Origin: an uncultured Chthonomonadaceae bacterium
GTDB taxonomy: Bacteria > Armatimonadota > Chthonomonadetes > Chthonomonadales > Chthonomonadaceae
Length of the DNA stretch: 64,000 bases
NCBI GenBank assembly: GCA_963817895.1
Contig: CAWFQB010000002.1
Span: forward strand, 544,001 to 608,000
Direction of reading: 5' to 3'
The translations under genes were made by a program, and so were the position numbers. This document shows positions 48,266 through 59,328 of this stretch, in pieces. Within the stretch, counting starts at the first letter, position 1. Every line of letters starts with the position of its first letter. The notes beneath the pieces are model-generated. The model was not told where the DNA came from. It saw nothing but the letters and a program-made list of their open reading frames with translations, and ran no database searches.

Positions 48266-49435
48266 TTAAGGTTTCAACACCACTTTGATGCACTCGTCTT
48301 CCTTGTCGCGAAACATCTCGTACCCTTTGGGCGCATCGTCGAGCTTCAGGCGGTGGGTGATGACGAAGCTGGGATCAATCTCGCCTTTTTGCACACGCTC
48401 CAGGAGCGGCTTCATGTAGCGCTGCACGTGTGTCTGTCCCGTCTTCATGGTCAGGGATCGGTTCATAAAGGATCCCATGGGGAAGGCGTCAATCAAACCG
48501 GTAAACACGCCGGCCACCGAAACGGTTCCCCCATTACGGCAGGCCATGATTGCATCCCGCAACGCGTTCGGACGGTCGCTTTCGATCCGCACCGCTTGCT
48601 TGGCGCGATCAACCACTGCGCCGATGCCGTGCGAGTCCGCTTCCGCTCCCACCGCCTCGATACAGGCATCCGGTCCCCGCCCGCCCGTCATCTCCTTGAG
48701 CGCCTCGTTGACGTTGACTGCGGTAAAGTCCAGCGTTTCCGCCCCCACTTTTTCCCGCGCCATGCGCAGCCGTTCCGGGATGCGGTCAATACCGATCACG
48801 CGTTCCGCCCCCAAGAGAAACGCGCTCTTCATCGCGAACTGTCCCACAGGGCCGCAGCCCCACACGGCAATCGTATCGCCGGGTTGAATGTTGCAGTTCT
48901 CCGCCGCCATGTACCCGGTCGGGAAAATGTCGGACAGGAACAACACCTGCTCATCGTCTAGGCCATCCGGTATCTTGATCGGCCCGACATCGGCAAAGGG
49001 CACACGCGCATATTGCGCCTGTCCTCCGGCAAATCCCCCCAGAAGATGCGAGTAGCCGAAAACGCCTGCGATGGGGTGCCCCAACATCTGTTCGGCCATG
49101 TAGGCATTGGGATTGGAGTTCTCGCACACCGAGAACAAGCCCTTCTGACAGTAAAAACAGTTGCCGCAGGCAATGGGGAAGGGAACCACCACGCGATCCC
49201 CCACCGTCAGGTTGGTTACTCCTTTGCCGACTTCGACCACTTCTCCCATGAACTCGTGGCCGAGAATATCGCCCGTCTGCATTGTGGGCATGACGCCGTC
49301 GAAGAGGTGCAAGTCCGAACCGCAGATCGCTGTGGAGGTGATTTTGACAATGGCGTCGCGGGAATTGAGAATTTTAGGGTCGGGAACCTCATCCACGCGC
49401 ATATCGCCCTTGCCGTGCCAGCAAGTTGCCTTCAT
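48266..49435 (-). CDS. zinc-dependent alcohol/formaldehyde dehydrogenase-like protein, paralog 1
   Basis: [40 protein letters not shown]. Confidence 0.93.
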   Translation of the reverse strand: MKATCWHGKGDMRVDEVPDPKILNSRDAIVKITSTAICGSDLHLFDGVMPTMQTGDILGHEFMGEVVEVGKGVTNLTVGDRVVVPFPIACGNCFYCQKGLFSVCENSNPNAYMAEQMLGHPIAGVFGYSHLLGGFAGGQAQYARVPFADVGPIKIPDGLDDEQVLFLSDIFPTGYMAAENCNIQPGDTIAVWGCGPVGQFAMKSAFLLGAERVIGIDRIPERLRMAREKVGAETLDFTAVNVNEALKEMTGGRGPDACIEAVGAEADSHGIGAVVDRAKQAVRIESDRPNALRDAIMACRNGGTVSVAGVFTGLIDAFPMGSFMNRSLTMKTGQTHVQRYMKPLLERVQKGEIDPSFVITHRLKLDDAPKGYEMFRDKEDECIKVVLKP

Positions 49436-49568
49436 GAGCGTACTCCTTGTCGTAGATCCTTTTTCTGTGGGTCCTCAATGAATGTAAACATTCAAAACAG
49501 AAGCATTCAAACAGGAACCCGCAAAATAAATCGAGTCAAGCAGAAGGAGACGGATTTAGCCGCCTCGT

Positions 49569-50558
49569 TTAACCGGTTGCCGCTTCCGCAGAGGGCTGAC
49601 CGGGGCGTTGCCGGGATCCCATGCCCTCAATGCTGCCATCCGAGCGGACGACTTCCCCCGTTTCCATGACTTGCTTGAAGCGGCGCAAATCTTCATAAAC
49701 CTGGATGGCCGGCTCTTCCCCGAACAGCTTGGCAATGCCCGCGCCGACCGCGCCTCCCGGCGGAGCGTACTGCATTTGTACGCGCACGATGGTGCCCCGT
49801 CCACCCGTTGCCGGTTCGAAGTGAACGGCCCCCGCGTTCTTGATATCCGCGCCTTCCAGCGACTGCCAGGCGATGCGCCGGTTGGGCTGATCGTCCACGA
49901 TTTCGGCATCCCACTCCACCGTCTGTCCTGCCGGGGCTTTGGCTTTCCAGTGAGAACGCCCCTCCCCCAGAGGCTGAACCGACTCCAGGTGGAGCATAAA
50001 GCGCGCGAGGTTCTGGAAGTCATGCCAGAACGTGTAAAGTTCTTCCGGCGACTTGTTGATGGTGACTGTTTCCTTGACGTCCATCCTTGATTTTCTCCGT
50101 TCAGGTTGTTGTGTGACCGCCCCGTGGTTAGCGGCGTTGGCGCCATTGGATGCGTGGAGAAGGTGCCGTCCGTCTCCCTTCTGTCCCATGTTGGTCGCTC
50201 GGCTGAGTTGTTCGCTGCAAAGCAGATCCAGCGCCGTGACGCCCAGAACCGCGGCAGTGGCGAACGAGAGCCGCTCGCGTTGGGCCTCTTGGGCGTTGAA
50301 CGTCGCGCCCAGCAACGTGAGGTCCATCATGTCGCCTCCGAAGCGCGACCACATCGCTCCCGCAGGTTGCGCCTCTCCCAGGATCGCGAGGCCGCTGACG
50401 ATTTCACGCAAGCCGAGGAGACGAAGCACAACCTCGTTCTGGGAGTTGTCCGGGACACCAATGGCTTTTGCCAAGCGGCGCGGGGCAAGAACTTCCACCA
50501 GCCCCAATCCCAGACTGAACCACCCTAAAGCTTGCGTCAACGTTGCGTTTTCTTCCAT
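49569..50558 (-). CDS. SRPBCC protein with N-terminal membrane domain, paralog 1
   Basis: LGWFSLGLGL.EVLAP, TINKSPEELY.FW.DF.NL..FM.HLESV, DLRRFKQVMETGE. Confidence 0.9.
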   Translation of the reverse strand: MEENATLTQALGWFSLGLGLVEVLAPRRLAKAIGVPDNSQNEVVLRLLGLREIVSGLAILGEAQPAGAMWSRFGGDMMDLTLLGATFNAQEAQRERLSFATAAVLGVTALDLLCSEQLSRATNMGQKGDGRHLLHASNGANAANHGAVTQQPERRKSRMDVKETVTINKSPEELYTFWHDFQNLARFMLHLESVQPLGEGRSHWKAKAPAGQTVEWDAEIVDDQPNRRIAWQSLEGADIKNAGAVHFEPATGGRGTIVRVQMQYAPPGGAVGAGIAKLFGEEPAIQVYEDLRRFKQVMETGEVVRSDGSIEGMGSRQRPGQPSAEAATG

Positions 50559-51431
50559 GCTGCCCCCTTCCTGAGCATCGCCAATACATGGTTCTCCTCT
50601 CCTGAGCAGGAGCGTTTGCTGTTGTTGCTGTCACTCCCGGAGAGTAGGATTGGCGCTTGCTTGTTCTCAGAGGTTACGTGCCAGAATAAAATGTGGCCTA
50701 GCGCATTCAGCCGAAACTTCTCTACTAAATCCGGGTTATATGGATTTATCCTGTGTTCGGGGAGGGATACGCCCTGGAGAAAAGTTCGCCGGATAACATC
50801 TTACGTCGGGTAAAAGTCCAAGGGGATGAGGATCACGAGAATGCAGGACTAGGAGACGGGCTTGCAAAATGCTTCATGAGAACGGCCATTCTGGTAACTA
50901 ATCTCGGAAGACTGGCACTTGGCAACACTGTTCTGAGTTTCGATACCTTCGCTCGTATCGGTAGTTAGAAGATGTTGCATTCGCTCTGTTGAGTAGGGAA
51001 CATCTTGTAAAGCCAGAGTATTGGATTGGCGTATGAAGATCATCCTATCCTCCTCTTGATTCAACAGGCGTAAAGAATAATCCTGTTGAAATAGTCGACT
51101 TAAAACATATCTTTAAAATTTTATTTATATGGACAAAGAGCCGCATCAGGAAGTGGCATTGAGAAACAAGAGTATTCTCACACTTTTACATTCCAACAAA
51201 CAGAAATGGCCTCGTAAGAATTCTGTTTGACAGCCCCGCCACCTTCATTCCGCTACCGCCACATTTTCCCGTTAAAACCTGTTGAGAGAAAAGGAATTTG
51301 CGCCTGCGTTCCCGAAATAAGGCGCGTGTGGCGCAGGGCTTTATCCGCCTGCTATATTGTTCTGCGCCGCCTCTGTCTGTTCGTATCACCCGCATTATCG
51401 CAGCCCTGTCGCAGGAAGTTTGTATACAACC

Positions 51432-52901
51432 ATGTCGAAATATCATTCTGTTTCAAGACGACGCAGCCCTCTACCCATCGCGTCGGCAACCATTTTTCAG
51501 GCAGGCAAAAGCCTTGTTTTACTGGGCGTGGCGGCTTTGTTGAGCGGCTGCCACAAACCCGGCTCCAACGCTGCCGATACTGCCGCCGTCACGCCCAAAC
51601 CCACTGTGAAAGCCGTCGCCGCACCCGCCACGATTCCGCTTCCGCCCATGCCCGAAGGCGGCGTTCGCGGCATTTATGTGACCGGCTGGGTAGCGGGGCT
51701 GCACAACCGTTTCAACGCGCTGTGTGGACTGGTGGATCGCACCGAACTCAACGCGATGGTCATTGATGTCCGAGATGACGGCGAAATCAGTTACAAGGCG
51801 GATATTCCGCTTGCCATTGATTCTCATGCGTGCGTGAAGAAGTATGACGTGGACAAAGTGATCGCCACGCTCAACGAACACCATATCTGGCCGATTGCCC
51901 GCATCGCCTGTATGCGCGACACGCCACTCGCCAAAGCCCACCCGGAACTGGCCGTGCATGGGCCGGACGGGCAGGTATGGCATGACCGCTCCAAACACTA
52001 CTGGCTGAATCCCTACAAAAAAGAGGTTTGGGATTACAATGTAGATGTCGCGCTGGACGCGCTGAAACATGGATTTAAGGAGATACAGTTCGATTACGTG
52101 CGCTTTCCGAGCGAGGGCAAAATCTCCACGCTGCAATATCCCGGCAAGCCTCCCGGTTCCAAACGCACAGACCAGATCAACGCCTTTTTGAAATACGCCA
52201 GCGCGAAAATTCACGCGCAGGGCGGATGGTTTTCCGCCGATGTGTTCGGCCTGACGCCCACTGTGGAAAGGCGGTATCGCCTGCGCCATCCCGAAGCCGC
52301 AACACAAATGGCGGGCGCGAAGCCAACCAACGCGGCAGGAGTCGCGTCGGGCGCGATGCCCTCTGCCGCAACACCGGCGGCAGGCGCGGCGGCGACCATG
52401 CCTGCCGCTTCGTCCGCATCCCCGGCAGGAGGGAAAAACCTCGTCGCAAACACGGGCAAATCCGGCAAAACGGGCGCGTCCAAATCAAGCAAAAACGCGA
52501 AAAACGCGCCTGTTGATAAAATCGCCGAAGACATGGGCATCGGGCAGATGTTCAGCAAAATGGCGGCGAACATGAATTACATGTGTCCCATGACGTACCC
52601 TTCGCACTACGCGCATGGCGAGTTCGGCATTGCCAACCCCAACGCGGAACCCTACAAAGTGATCCTGAAATCCGTGGGCGACGCGAAAGACCTGATTGCC
52701 GACGTGCCGAACTGCAAACTGCGCCCCTGGATACAGGATTTCACGCTTGGCCCGCCGCACTACGGCCCCAATGAGGTGAAAGCGCAAATCAAGGCGCTTC
52801 ACGAACTCGGCATCCACGAGTATCTGCTGTGGAACGCGGGCTGCAAATTCACGGAAGCGGCACTGGCGAAGAAGAGTTCGTCCAAAGTAGCGACAAAATA
52901 G
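51432..52901 (+). CDS. putative glycoside hydrolase (DUF4015-like) lipoprotein
   Basis: LLSGC lipobox; VRGIYVT, NAMVIDVRDD.G, GFKEIQFDYVRFP, PMTYPSHY, RPWIQDF. Confidence 0.85.
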   Translation: MSKYHSVSRRRSPLPIASATIFQAGKSLVLLGVAALLSGCHKPGSNAADTAAVTPKPTVKAVAAPATIPLPPMPEGGVRGIYVTGWVAGLHNRFNALCGLVDRTELNAMVIDVRDDGEISYKADIPLAIDSHACVKKYDVDKVIATLNEHHIWPIARIACMRDTPLAKAHPELAVHGPDGQVWHDRSKHYWLNPYKKEVWDYNVDVALDALKHGFKEIQFDYVRFPSEGKISTLQYPGKPPGSKRTDQINAFLKYASAKIHAQGGWFSADVFGLTPTVERRYRLRHPEAATQMAGAKPTNAAGVASGAMPSAATPAAGAAATMPAASSASPAGGKNLVANTGKSGKTGASKSSKNAKNAPVDKIAEDMGIGQMFSKMAANMNYMCPMTYPSHYAHGEFGIANPNAEPYKVILKSVGDAKDLIADVPNCKLRPWIQDFTLGPPHYGPNEVKAQIKALHELGIHEYLLWNAGCKFTEAALAKKSSSKVATK

Positions 52902-52968
52902 TGAGAGTGGAGAGTGAGAGCGAGAGTAGTAACGCATTTTCTCTCACTCTCACTCTCCACTCTTCACT
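52901..52968. repeat. inverted (GTGAGA)n / (TCTCAC)n repeat pair
   Basis: GTGAGAGTGGAGAGTGAGAGCGAGAG ... TTCTCTCACTCTCACTCTCCACTCTTCAC. Confidence 0.8.
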
Positions 52969-52991
52969 TATGACCAACAAAGGAGACACTT

Positions 52992-53975
52992 ATGAAGATC
53001 GGCATTTTTACGGCTCTGTTCCATGACCGCCCCATCGAAGAGGCGCTGGACTACATCGCGGGCGCGGGCATTCAGGCGGTCGAATTCGGCGGCGGCGCGT
53101 ATCCCGGCGACAAACATTTGCAGGATGTGGGCGGCGCGGAAGCCCTAATCAACGACGAGGGCAAGCGCAAGCAGTTGCAGCAGATGCTGGATAGCCGGGG
53201 ATTGGAACTGACGGCCATTTCCGTGCATGGCAACCCCATCCACCCCAACAAAACAATCGCGCAGGAGCATCATACGGCTTTTCGCAACGCCGTTCTGCTG
53301 GCGGAAAAGATGGGCATCGGCGTGGTCAACGGTTTCAGCGGCTGTCCCTCGGGGCCGGGCGGGCAAAATCCGAATTGGGTGACATGCCCCTGGCCGGACG
53401 AGTTCCGCGATATTCTGGAATACCAGTGGAATACGGTCGCCATCCCCTACTGGACGGAACAGAACAAGTTCTTGCAGGAGCATAACGTCAAATTCGCCAT
53501 TGAAGCGCATCCCGGCTTTGTGGTCTACAACCCGGAAACCGTAATTAAACTGCGCGAAGCGGCGGGCGAAAACATCGGCTGCAACTTCGACCCGTCGCAC
53601 TTCTGGTGGCAGGGCATTGACCCGCTCGCGGCCATCCGCTATCTCGGCCCGAAGGGCGCGATCTTCCACGTCCACGCCAAAGACACCCGCATTGACCCGA
53701 TCAATTCCGGCATCAACGGCAATCTGGACGTGAAAAGCTACGGCGCGATTGCCGAGCGCAGTTGGGTGTTCCGCTCGGTCGGCTACGGCCATTCGCAGGA
53801 ATGGTGGAACGAGTTCGTGACCACGCTGAAAATGATCGGTTACGATTGGGTGCTGTCCATCGAGCATGAAGACGGCATGATGAGTACCAAAGAGGGCCTG
53901 ACCAAAGCCCTGCAAACGCTGGAAATCGCCGTCGTCAAAGAGAAACCCGGCGCGATGTTCTGGGCCAAAGACTGA
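52992..53975 (+). CDS. sugar phosphate isomerase/epimerase (xylose isomerase-like TIM barrel)
   Basis: AIEAHPG, NFDPSH.WWQGIDP, HVHAKDT, LSIEHED. Confidence 0.9.
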   Translation: MKIGIFTALFHDRPIEEALDYIAGAGIQAVEFGGGAYPGDKHLQDVGGAEALINDEGKRKQLQQMLDSRGLELTAISVHGNPIHPNKTIAQEHHTAFRNAVLLAEKMGIGVVNGFSGCPSGPGGQNPNWVTCPWPDEFRDILEYQWNTVAIPYWTEQNKFLQEHNVKFAIEAHPGFVVYNPETVIKLREAAGENIGCNFDPSHFWWQGIDPLAAIRYLGPKGAIFHVHAKDTRIDPINSGINGNLDVKSYGAIAERSWVFRSVGYGHSQEWWNEFVTTLKMIGYDWVLSIEHEDGMMSTKEGLTKALQTLEIAVVKEKPGAMFWAKD

Positions 53976-53988
53976 ATAGTTGATAGTG

Positions 53989-54037
53989 GCCCTCAACCCC
54001 TAACCCCTTCTCCCAAAAAAGCCTGGGAGAAGGGGAA
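53989..54037. repeat. dispersed REP-like hairpin, copy 2
   Basis: Near-identical to 13976-14024. Confidence 0.8.
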
Positions 54038-54149
54038 CCTGTTGAGATATACTCTTAACCACATGTTGGTAAACTGGTGTCTATCACATGGCAGGCGAAA
54101 TCGGTTTACACCTGCCCTAACAAATTTTAGGTGTAGCGGTATTGTCCTT

Positions 54150-55013
54150 ATGACCAAAAAGTACGATGTGACCACGAAAGACCTTGTGGAACTGCGTCCC
54201 TCAGATTGGCTGCCCTACCTCGGTTTGCCGCCTGCCGACGTAGAGGTTGTGGAAGCGGAACTGTCTACGGTTTCGCTGGCCGCCGATAAGGTATTGCGCA
54301 TCCTGGAAGAAGAACCCTCCCTGCTGCACATCGAGTTTCAGAGCGGACATGATGCCTCCGTTGTAGAGCGCGCGCTGCACTACAGCGTGGTGTTGCATGT
54401 TCGGCACAAATTGCCGGTTCGCAGCGTCCTTGTGTTGTTGAGCGAGGAAGCGGACAGGGGCAGTATTACGGGCGTACTGCAATATCGCTTGCCGGATACG
54501 CGCGTGTATCTGGAGTTCCGGTATCAGGTGGCGCGGGTGTGGGAAAAGCCCGTCGAAGAGGTGCTGGCAGGTGGATTGGGAACGCTGCCCTTCGCCCCGC
54601 TTGCCAGAGTGACCGAACAAGAACTGCCCGCCGTGATTGAGCGCATGAAGGCGCGTATTAACGCTGAAGCGACGCCCGAACAGGCGGGCAAACTGTGGAC
54701 GGCAACCAATGTGCTGATGGGCCTGCGCTATGAGGCCGAGTTCACGCGGCAACTGCTGCAAGGAGTGATGAACATGAAAGAATCCGTCACGTATCAGGCT
54801 ATCGTCGAAGAAGGTCGACAGGAAGGCCGACAGGAAGGCCGCGCAGAAGAAGCGCGTAACATTTTGCTGCGACAAGCCAGCATACGCTTCGGGCCACCGT
54901 CTGATGCGGTTCAGTTAGCGTTAGAGGGAATAACGACACTGGAAACGCTCGAAATTCTCTCTATCCGAGTTTTGAGTGTGGAAAGCTGGACAGAACTGCT
55001 TGACACGCCATAG
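54150..55013 (+). CDS. Rpn/YhgA-like PD-(D/E)XK nuclease (putative transposase) with DUF4351-like tail
   Basis: YDVTTKDL, ADKVL, LLHIEFQS, MKESVTYQAIVEEGRQEGRQEGRAEE, RFG, SWTELL. Confidence 0.85.
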   Translation: MTKKYDVTTKDLVELRPSDWLPYLGLPPADVEVVEAELSTVSLAADKVLRILEEEPSLLHIEFQSGHDASVVERALHYSVVLHVRHKLPVRSVLVLLSEEADRGSITGVLQYRLPDTRVYLEFRYQVARVWEKPVEEVLAGGLGTLPFAPLARVTEQELPAVIERMKARINAEATPEQAGKLWTATNVLMGLRYEAEFTRQLLQGVMNMKESVTYQAIVEEGRQEGRQEGRAEEARNILLRQASIRFGPPSDAVQLALEGITTLETLEILSIRVLSVESWTELLDTP

Positions 55014-55064
55014 TGTCAACTATACACTTATGGCCGCAATCAGCAGCGCGCCATTGCCTCGCGT

Positions 55065-57635
55065 TTACCCGTTTACAGTTGAACTTGCTGCGGGAGATGG
55101 ATTCGTAATTTGATACGTTTTGCCCGTCTGCGTGGGGAACTCAGAAACGGTTGGTGTTGCCTGATGAACTTTTACGGCGTGGCCGCTTTCTGTGACTTGC
55201 AGGCGGGAGCCGCGTATGTGGCACGGCTGACCATTAAGGGAATGTATGGCTGCCGCTGTCAGTTTGCCGTTTTGCCATGCCATGTCTACCGTGAAGCCAT
55301 CCCGCGCCCGCAAGCCTTTGACATGCCCCTTGTTCCACGCGGACGGCAGGGCGGGCAGAAGATCAATGTACCCGTTCTGACTTTGCAGCAGCATTTCCGC
55401 TACGCCGGACGTGTAGCCGAAGTTGCCGTCAATCTGAAACGGCGGATGCGCGTCGAACAGGTTGGGGTACACGCCCGCGCCGCTGCCATTATACTGCACA
55501 TCCTTTGAACCGGCAGGCGTCAGGAGATTACGGACAAAGATATAGGCGTGTTCCCCGTCGCGCAATCGCGCCCACAGGTTCAATTTCCACGCTAATGCCC
55601 AACCGGTTCCGCCATCCCCGCGCAGTTCCAGCGCTTTTTTCGCGGCTGCGAACAGTTCGGGCGTCGTGTCGGGGTTGATCTCGTTGCCGGGATACAGGCC
55701 GTACACATGCGAAACGTGCCGATGATGCGGATCGGCAGGCGTGAAGTCCTGAAACCACTCCTGCAACGCGCCCTCATGGTTGATTTGCAGGGGATACAGG
55801 CGGGCAAGCGCGGCTTTCAGCTTTGCCGCAAACGCCTCATCCTGCCCCAGTAGCGCCGAGGCCTGAATACAATGCGTGAACAGGTCATGGATTACTTCCA
55901 TATCCATTGCGGTCGCGATGGACACGTCGGCGTGTTGGCCGTCCGGCGTGGTAAAAGAGTGTTCGGGCGAAGTAGAGGGCGCGGTGACAAGGTGGCCTTT
56001 GCCGTCGTCAATCAGCCAGTCGAGACAGAACTCCGCCGCGCCCTTCATCAGCGGATAGGCGCGGGTCGCGAGAAACTTTTTGTCGCCGCTGAACGCATAG
56101 TGTTCCCACAAATGCCGACACAGCCACGCGCCGCCCATCGGCCAGTTTGCCCATTGCGGCGAACCACCCCCATGCCCGACAGGATTGCTTTGCGCCCATA
56201 TATCCGTATTGTGGTGAGCCGTCCAGCCATGCGCGCCGTAGTTTATCATCGCCGTCTTGCGCCCGTTCGCGGCGAGCGCGGGCAGAAAATCGAGCAGGGG
56301 CAGGTGGCACTCGGCTAGATTGGCGGTTTCGGCAGGCCAGTAGTTCATCTCCGTGTTGATATTGATGGTGAAGTTGGAACTCCACGGCGGGCGCGGCGAG
56401 TTGTTCCAGATGCCCTGCAAATTGAGGGGCGGCCCGCCCGGACGCGACCCGGCAATCATCAGATAGCGGCCATACTGAAACAGCAGCGTGGCGAGTTGGG
56501 GATCATTGCTGGCATAAAACTGTTTGACGCGCTCGTCTGTCGGCGCATCCGCCGTTTTCGCCGCGCCAAGATCGAGTTCCACGCGCCCGAACAACTTCTG
56601 GTAATCCGCGACATGGGCGGCAAGCAGTTTCTCATAAGCGTGAGCGGTTGCAGTTTTCAGAACCTGCGTGGTAAATTCGGCAGGGTTTTTGCCCTCGCGA
56701 CTCGGCGAATGATCGTAGCCGTTGAAACTGGTGGCGGACGCGAGGCGCAGGGTCACGCTGTCCGCGCCGATGATGCGCAGGCTGTCCGCGTCGGCAACAG
56801 TGACGCCGCCCTGCGTTTCGATTTGCAGGCGCGACTCGAAACGAGTCCCTTTTGAATCCGCGCCCTCATCGTAGGCAATCGGGTTGTCGCTGCGGACATA
56901 ATTGGGATCGGCGCGAACCGGGGCGCGTCCCTGCATAATCAATGCGCGAGTGCCGTCTGTCGTAGTCTGATGATGCAGAAGGCTGTCCAATCGGGCGCGA
57001 AATTCAATCTGTCCGGGCTTGTCCGCCGTTAAATGGACGATAAGGATTTGATCGGGATGGCTGGCGAAAATCTCGCGGGTGAAATGGATGCCGTTTTGCG
57101 TATAGCGCGTGGTCACGACGGCGCGGCGCAGGTCAAGCGCGCGGTTGTAATTCTCAACCGGGGAAGAGGCGTTGGGGGCGGAACTGAAATCCAGATGCAG
57201 GTCGCCGAGCGGCATGTACGCCTGCGTATACGGCCCCTGCATCTGGCGGCAGAGTTTGTCGGCTTCGGCGTAATGTCCCGCGAACAGGGCTGCCCGTATT
57301 TTCGGCAGCACATCCTTCGCGCCGGGATTGTTGCCGTCCTGCGGTTCGCCCGACCAGAGGGTAGACTCGTTTAATTGCAAATGTTCATGCAGGACGCCGC
57401 CGAACACCATTGCGCCCTGCCGTCCATTGCCGACGGGCAGGGCTTCCACCCATTTTTGGGCAGGCCGGCGATACCAGAGACTGAGCGGTTCCTGCGGCGC
57501 GTTCGCCTGTCCCTGAAAAACGACACTGTTTTCCGCCGTCTGTATATTCTGCATCCGTTTCTCTGCCCGTCCCATTTGCGCTATAACCAACAAAAACAGA
57601 AGTATTGCCGCCAGTATGCTGCTTCGCTGCATCAT
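55065..57635 (-). CDS. GH95 alpha-L-fucosidase-like glycoside hydrolase, secreted
   Basis: [59 protein letters not shown]. Confidence 0.95.
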   Translation of the reverse strand: MMQRSSILAAILLFLLVIAQMGRAEKRMQNIQTAENSVVFQGQANAPQEPLSLWYRRPAQKWVEALPVGNGRQGAMVFGGVLHEHLQLNESTLWSGEPQDGNNPGAKDVLPKIRAALFAGHYAEADKLCRQMQGPYTQAYMPLGDLHLDFSSAPNASSPVENYNRALDLRRAVVTTRYTQNGIHFTREIFASHPDQILIVHLTADKPGQIEFRARLDSLLHHQTTTDGTRALIMQGRAPVRADPNYVRSDNPIAYDEGADSKGTRFESRLQIETQGGVTVADADSLRIIGADSVTLRLASATSFNGYDHSPSREGKNPAEFTTQVLKTATAHAYEKLLAAHVADYQKLFGRVELDLGAAKTADAPTDERVKQFYASNDPQLATLLFQYGRYLMIAGSRPGGPPLNLQGIWNNSPRPPWSSNFTININTEMNYWPAETANLAECHLPLLDFLPALAANGRKTAMINYGAHGWTAHHNTDIWAQSNPVGHGGGSPQWANWPMGGAWLCRHLWEHYAFSGDKKFLATRAYPLMKGAAEFCLDWLIDDGKGHLVTAPSTSPEHSFTTPDGQHADVSIATAMDMEVIHDLFTHCIQASALLGQDEAFAAKLKAALARLYPLQINHEGALQEWFQDFTPADPHHRHVSHVYGLYPGNEINPDTTPELFAAAKKALELRGDGGTGWALAWKLNLWARLRDGEHAYIFVRNLLTPAGSKDVQYNGSGAGVYPNLFDAHPPFQIDGNFGYTSGVAEMLLQSQNGYIDLLPALPSAWNKGHVKGLRARDGFTVDMAWQNGKLTAAAIHSLNGQPCHIRGSRLQVTESGHAVKVHQATPTVSEFPTQTGKTYQITNPSPAASSTVNG

Positions 57636-57728
57636 TTCACCTTTGTCTGGAAACCGGTTAAAACTACAAATTCTTTCCTGAGTAATCATCGCTTCTTATG
57701 ACAGTAACTCTTGACTACGCTGGCAATG

Positions 57729-58160
57729 TTACCTCAATGGATGTTCCTCGCCAAGCGCCAATAATGCGCGTCGGATGTTCATTGCGCCACGCCGATTTAA
57801 CCGTAGACGCGCGATGGTGACGCGCCCGGTTGCGGTCACAGGTGAGACGCTCAACGCATCTTCACTCCATGCAAAGTGGTCGCTCCAAACGTCATTGCGA
57901 GGATGGTAAAGGGGAACCTGCTCACCGGTTTGCGTATCCAGAACGCTTTGGTCATCCTGCTTACGGTTGTTACAGTTGTGGCAGGCGAAGGCAAGATTTT
58001 CTAATTCGTCACTTCCCGAATTCGCTACGGGCTGAATAGGATCTACGGTAAACGTATCCAGTGAAAAATCTTCGGGTGATTGACAGTATTCGCATCGGCC
58101 CCGCGCTCGGGCAATGACCTCCCGCCGTATACGAATGGAAATTTTGCGTCTGGCTGCCAT
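57729..58160 (-). CDS. HNH endonuclease family protein (first His appears as Pro)
   Basis: RARGRCEYC, VDPIQP...G.D..ENLAFACHNCNNRK, LYHPR...WSDHF.W. Confidence 0.85.
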   Translation of the reverse strand: MAARRKISIRIRREVIARARGRCEYCQSPEDFSLDTFTVDPIQPVANSGSDELENLAFACHNCNNRKQDDQSVLDTQTGEQVPLYHPRNDVWSDHFAWSEDALSVSPVTATGRVTIARLRLNRRGAMNIRRALLALGEEHPLR

Positions 58161-58166
58161 GAGCGG

Positions 58167-58526
58167 TCAGGGAGTAAGAAGCGGACGAATTCCCAGTCGC
58201 TCCATTAGTTCGCGTACTGGAATGTCGCGCAATCGAGAAAGTTGAGTCAGATCTATCAGACGCTGCGCGCCGCGCTCCTCCCGTTCGTCCAGAAGGGTTT
58301 GTAATCGCCTGCTTCCGTCAGAGTTCAGCAATCCGGCTTTTTGGCGACGCAACAGCCGATGGAATTCGCGCGTTTCGGTTTCCGGCGTTGCCGTGTGAAT
58401 ACGCCATAGAAGTTCCACTTCGAGCAGACGTTGCGCCGCCAGTTGTTCCGGCGTCACGCCCGCATGATCGGCTTCATCGCGAAAACGGGCTTCCATATCC
58501 GGTTGCAAAGTGATAGTCAGTGTCAT
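58167..58526 (-). CDS. small antitoxin-like partner of the HNH gene
   Basis: MTLTITLQPDME start typical of RHH-like antitoxins; R...L..L..LR.IPV.ELM..LGI tail; ends 6 nt before the HNH start. Confidence 0.7.
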   Translation of the reverse strand: MTLTITLQPDMEARFRDEADHAGVTPEQLAAQRLLEVELLWRIHTATPETETREFHRLLRRQKAGLLNSDGSRRLQTLLDEREERGAQRLIDLTQLSRLRDIPVRELMERLGIRPLLTP

Positions 58527-58533
58527 TGTTTTA

Positions 58534-59328
58534 TCAACGCTTATCGTCGTCTTTGGTTGAGTTCTTCCACAGCTTTTCGAGCTTGCGCTGTTCCTGTTTG
58601 GCGCGGAACCAGCCTGACAGTCCACTGCGGGCGGGTACGCGGTCTTCATCGTACATGCGCAGCGGGGGCGGCGTTTTGGAACGGGCGGGGGCATAGCCGC
58701 GCCACATAGAGCGGCCATAGCGGGCATACAAATACGCCGTGCCGCAAGCGACAAGCCCGAACAATCCCATTGCCCCTGCGCCCAACTCATACCAGACGAA
58801 TACCAGCGTCAGCGCCAGCAGCACGGGCGCGGGGATGCGGCATAATCCGCCGTAGAAACAGATCGATTCGCGGGAATTGACGACGCACCACGCGACAGTG
58901 GCCGGGGCAATCGCGAAGTACAAACCCGCCAGCGGAATAGAGGGAAAGCCCAGCAGAATCCCGCCTATCCAGACGCTGACCGCCATCAGGGCGGCGCAGC
59001 CGAAGAAGAAACCGAGAAAGGTTTTCAGCCCCCAGCTCCGCTCCAGACTGCCGCACATCCAGAACGCCCACAGGCAAGAAAATAGCACGTTGATCGGATG
59101 CCCGCCACCCGCCAGAGGCCATGTCAGCAGCGTCCAGGGATACTGCATCCAGTGCAGAGAGTTGAACCCCAGCCAATAGGCCGGACTGGAAGCAGGCGCA
59201 ATTCCACTCCAGAAGAACGAAATCACGTTCAGGGCGATCAGCGTGACGGTGACAGGCGCACCCGTTTGCGTAACGAAACGCTGAACTTTCTGCAATGGAC
59301 TATTATAATTATTGTAGCGGCTATACAT
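58534..59328 (-). CDS. rhomboid-like membrane protein
   Basis: PVT..LI..NV, PWTLLTW, H..NVLF..LW.FW..G.LER.WG...F; no clear GxSG motif. Confidence 0.7.
   Translation of the reverse strand: MYSRYNNYNSPLQKVQRFVTQTGAPVTVTLIALNVISFFWSGIAPASSPAYWLGFNSLHWMQYPWTLLTWPLAGGGHPINVLFSCLWAFWMCGSLERSWGLKTFLGFFFGCAALMAVSVWIGGILLGFPSIPLAGLYFAIAPATVAWCVVNSRESICFYGGLCRIPAPVLLALTLVFVWYELGAGAMGLFGLVACGTAYLYARYGRSMWRGYAPARSKTPPPLRMYDEDRVPARSGLSGWFRAKQEQRKLEKLWKNSTKDDDKR

Noticed and set aside
50600..51300. Second dif-like site or gene remnant at the right edge of the stress cluster
   Set aside because: GGATAA-CATC-TTACG has the wrong spacing, and the 71-aa ORF has no recognisable motif.
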